A DNA stretch of 64,000 nt. Origin: Phaeosaccion multiseriatum. Taxonomy: Eukaryota; Protista; Ochrophyta, other classes. The DNA lies in contig OZ218959.1 of assembly GCA_965112735.1 (NCBI GenBank), positions 1,116,001 to 1,180,000 of the forward strand. Reading direction: 5' to 3'. Positions within the stretch are counted from its first letter, which is position 1, and the number at the start of each line of letters is the position of its first letter. Shown here piece by piece: positions 60,876 through 64,000 of the stretch. The notes under the pieces were generated by a model. That model was not told where the DNA came from, did no database searches, and saw only the letters and a program-made list of their open reading frames with translations. The position numbers were made by a program, and so were the translations under genes.

Positions 60876-63028
60876 AACTGACACCAACCTCCTTGTTGCC
60901 CTTCTGCGGGTCATCCTTCTCTATGCCCATAGTCCTCCTCATGTACTCTTCCTCGTAGATCTGCGCCAGGCCCTCCTTGCTCTTCTCCTCCGACAACGCA
61001 GGGCCGTCACCTTTGTCTCGCTTGTGCTGAGAAGAGAGCTGCGGGGAGAGAGGAGAGGGGGAAGAGGACAAAATACCCACAAGTGATGCGTGATTTCCGT
61101 GGTGCGTGATGCCGTGAGCAGCAGAAAGAGTAAACGAGGGAAGGGACCCGAAGGAGCAGAGAGAGAGAGAAAGAAACATTAGTCACTCCAAACCCCTCCC
61201 ACGACCGAATGAGCAGAGTGTGTGTGCGTGCAGAACTACAGTGATAGCAGTGCCCCATCTGGACCCACCCACTCACACACTCCCCTCGCAAACTCGCTCA
61301 CTCCCTCACCCACCCACTCACTCCCTCGCTAACTCACCAAAATGTGGCGTGGAACGACGTCGTCCCACTTTTCATCGCGACAGCGCTGCCGAATCACGTC
61401 CTCCAGCGACGCCGTCTTCTCCACCGTGATGACCGGCGCCACCCTCGTGGCCCGCTCCACATCGACCGCCGCCTCGAGGAGCGAGTTCTCGGGCCGATCG
61501 GCGCTCTTAATCTCTCCACGCATGTCCCATGGCTTCTCTGCAAGCAGCTCCTGCTCCAGCTCTGTCATTTGACGCCTTAGCCGCTTTTTCGTTGCAGCTA
61601 CCCTCGTTTCGGGCCCCTTCTCTTGCTCCTCCTCCTCCTCCTCCTCCTCCTCCTCCTCCTCCTCCTCCTCCTCCTCCTCCTCTTCCTCTTCCTCTTCCTC
61701 CTCCTCTTCTTCCTCCCCGTCCTCTCCCTCCTCCTCCTCCTCCTCCTCGTCATCATCATCATCATCTTCCTCCTCCTCGTCGTCGGCGAAGAAGTCCGAA
61801 AACCTGGCCTCGCTGGGCCTCACTCCGTACTCCCCTCTCTCTTCCTCGTCACTGCCGTTCTCATCAGCATCATCTCCGTAGAGAATGTCAAGCTCGGTGT
61901 CGGACAGCTCCGCATCGCTGTCCATGTTTCCCTCATCTGCCATTTGCTCCATCTCTTGCTCATCGAAAAAGTCTCGATGCTTCCTGGTCCCGCTTGCGCC
62001 TCCCCCCTCTCTTCTTCTCTTACTGCCGCTGCTCTTTCCTCCACTGCTTCGCCCCCGCAGGCTCTCGTCCTCATCTAACTCACCATCAATGTCGTCTCCC
62101 TCATCGTCGTCTTCTTCTCCCGCCCCGTGGGCATCCAGCATTCTATTCAGTAGAGCCTCCTCTTCCGCCTCTATCTCCTCCTCAGTCTTCTTCCTCTCCT
62201 TGCCCTTGCCCTTGCCCTTGCTCCCTTTTCTACGACCCTTCCGTGCTGCACCTTTCCGCTCGTCAGCGTCCGCTTCTTCTTCTTCTTCTTCTTCTTCTTC
62301 TTCTTCTTCTTCCTCCTCCTCCTTCTCCTCCTCCTCGTCTTCCTCCTCCTCCTCGTCTTCCTCCGCCTCCTCCTCCTTCTCCTCCTCCTCCTCCTCCTCC
62401 TCCTCGAACACCTCTGCTACTAATGACAGATCTTCACTCTGGGCTAAGGTTCTGCAGTTCCGTTTGAGGTACTTAAGCAGAGGCTCGTGCCTCAGCTGCA
62501 TTTGCTGCCATATTGACTCTGTGTCCTGTCCATCTACGTGTAGCTCGTCCAGCTCGGCGCCTGAGCTTTTCCCTCGCCTCGCCCTCTTGCCTTTGTTGTC
62601 CGCAGCGTCCTCTTTCGCAGTGCCATCAACAGACTGAATAGCAGGAGCAGGAGAGCATAACATGGGTTAAGAGGAGGAGGGAAGGTTGGATCGAGAAGGA
62701 AGACGTCGCAAGGCCAGGATGGGGTGGCAGCCAGGCTTGGAATAGTCGCCGCGCTCTCGTGCCTCTCTCCCCATGCCTTGGGCCCCCCGATCGCTGGATT
62801 CGGCCGGGTCCCTTCTCTCCCCACTCATGTTCCAGTGGTGAAGCAAGAGACGAGGAGCTCGCACAGCACCCCCCTAGCCGAGGCGCTCGCCCTCCTCACC
62901 TTGGCGTAGTCGAAGAGAGACTTGAGCACCGATGCGAGCTTGCCTGCCAGCTCCTCCGAGGGCTGACAGAAGTCTTCAGGCCTGCTCGCAATGCCCTCTA
63001 TAGTGGCGAGGCTCTCCTGCAGAGCCAT
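59372..63028 (-). CDS. MPP10: U3 snoRNP protein Mpp10 (multi-exon)
   Basis: L.VDG.D.E.IWQQ, an acidic tracts region, ELEQELLAEKPWDMRGEI...RPENSLLE...PVITVE.T.SLED.IRQR...WDDV, LSEEKSKEGLAQIYEEEY, KLDSLSNFHFTPKP, PAIAMEE..P, LAPEEV and SAKFFSALQ. Confidence 0.93.
59622..60042. repeat. Compound (TAG)n/(GAG)n intronic microsatellite
   Basis: Visible trinucleotide arrays within the last MPP10 intron. Confidence 0.9.
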
Positions 63029-63128
63029 GGCTTCGATGGCTAAAACACGAAGCTTGGAGGGCCAAAGGAGATTGGGGGGCTGGAGGCATACGGGCCAGTT
63101 TTCACTGCTTCATTCTGTCCCATTTCCC

Positions 63129-64000
63129 ATGGCCTTCCTCCTCGCCTCCCGGCAGCAGCAGCACAGGCTCTGTTCCTTCGTATGGACTAGCTCTAGCAGA
63201 GGAGTCTCCTCCTCGCCGCTTGCAGCCAACAGGTACCAGGGCCTCCCGCAGAGTTGGAGGAGGTGCAGCATGAGAAGGCGAACGCTCCAAAGAAGCACCG
63301 CGTCGCCGACGTGGGCCGTGAGAAGCAGCAACAGTAGCAGGAGCAGCGGAAGCAGGAGCAGTAGCAGCAGCAGCGGCAGCAGCGGCAGCAGCGTGCTCGA
63401 GTCGGAGGTGAAGAAGTTCCGCCACCTGCAACACGAGTGGTGGAACACCTCTTCTCGATTGGGCACGGGGCCTCTGCACACAATGAACGCTGCTCGGGTG
63501 TCCTTTGTGCGGGACGAGTGTCTCACACACATTGCCGAGGTGCGCGCTGACGAGGATGGCTTTGCCTTGCCCTTGCAGGGGTTGCGTATTGTGGACGTGG
63601 GGTGTGGAGGGGGCGTTCTCAGCGAATCGCTGTCTCGTCTGGGTGCGTCGGTAGTGGGTGTGGATCCAAGCATAGAGAACATTGCGGTGGCCGCTGCGCA
63701 CAGCCAGACGGACCCTCTCACGAGGGGCATTCACTACAAGGGAGTTACTGTGGAGGAGCTGGCGGAGAGGGGCGAGCAATTCGACGTGGTGGCAGCGCTG
63801 GAGGTCATTGAGCACGTTGACCAGGTGAGTGAGCTTGTACGTATGGATTGCGTGCCCCTTTCCCCCCTTTTGTTGTTTCTTACTCACTTTTGCGTTCACT
63901 GTATTTTTATTTAACATACACGTGTAGGCCAAGGCGTTTGTGGAGTCTCTTACGCGGCTGGTTCGGGTCGGGGGCCTCGTGTTTGTGTCAACCATGAACA
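63129..64000 (+). CDS. COQ3: Ubiquinone biosynthesis O-methyltransferase, mitochondrial, 3'-partial; join(63129..63824, 63928..>64000)
   Basis: EVKKF...EWW...GPLHTMNAARVSFVR, SAM motif IVDVGCGGGVLSESLSRLGA.V.GVD, FDVVAALEVIEHV and GGLVFVSTMN. The N-terminus is R/S-rich and presequence-like. Confidence 0.93.

Overview
Eukaryotic, GC-rich, intron-containing genomic DNA with microsatellite-laden introns. The gene content suggests a photosynthetic stramenopile of the brown-alga or related lineage (inference). The supplied ORF track is mostly exon fragments and antisense shadows. The left 60% is a 33-kb cluster of Chlamydia-Pmp-like (GGA[ILV]...FxxN) beta-helix surface proteins. Three tandem minus-strand paralogs share a signal peptide, beta-helix, Cys-rich linker, about 9 TM helices and a variable G/S/M/Q repeat tail. 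One oppositely oriented plus-strand paralog is probably GPI-anchored. The most striking observation is the exon architecture of that plus-strand gene. Each of eight beta-helix rungs is a separate phase-0 exon, and seven of the nine gaps flanking them hide a one-codon (six cases) or three-codon (one case) microexon with canonical YAG and GTAAG sites. Each microexon supplies the residue(s) immediately before the next GGA-type motif. The cluster is bracketed by two copies of a small hairpin/MITE-like element. The right 40% is a compact housekeeping block: UBE2J1/Ubc6, a degenerate 3'-5' exonuclease, GDP-mannose 4,6-dehydratase, a 36-bp minisatellite, a two-domain GT-A glycosyltransferase, a cNMP-binding protein, MPP10 and partial COQ3. 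Exon boundaries were read by eye and need RNA-seq confirmation.
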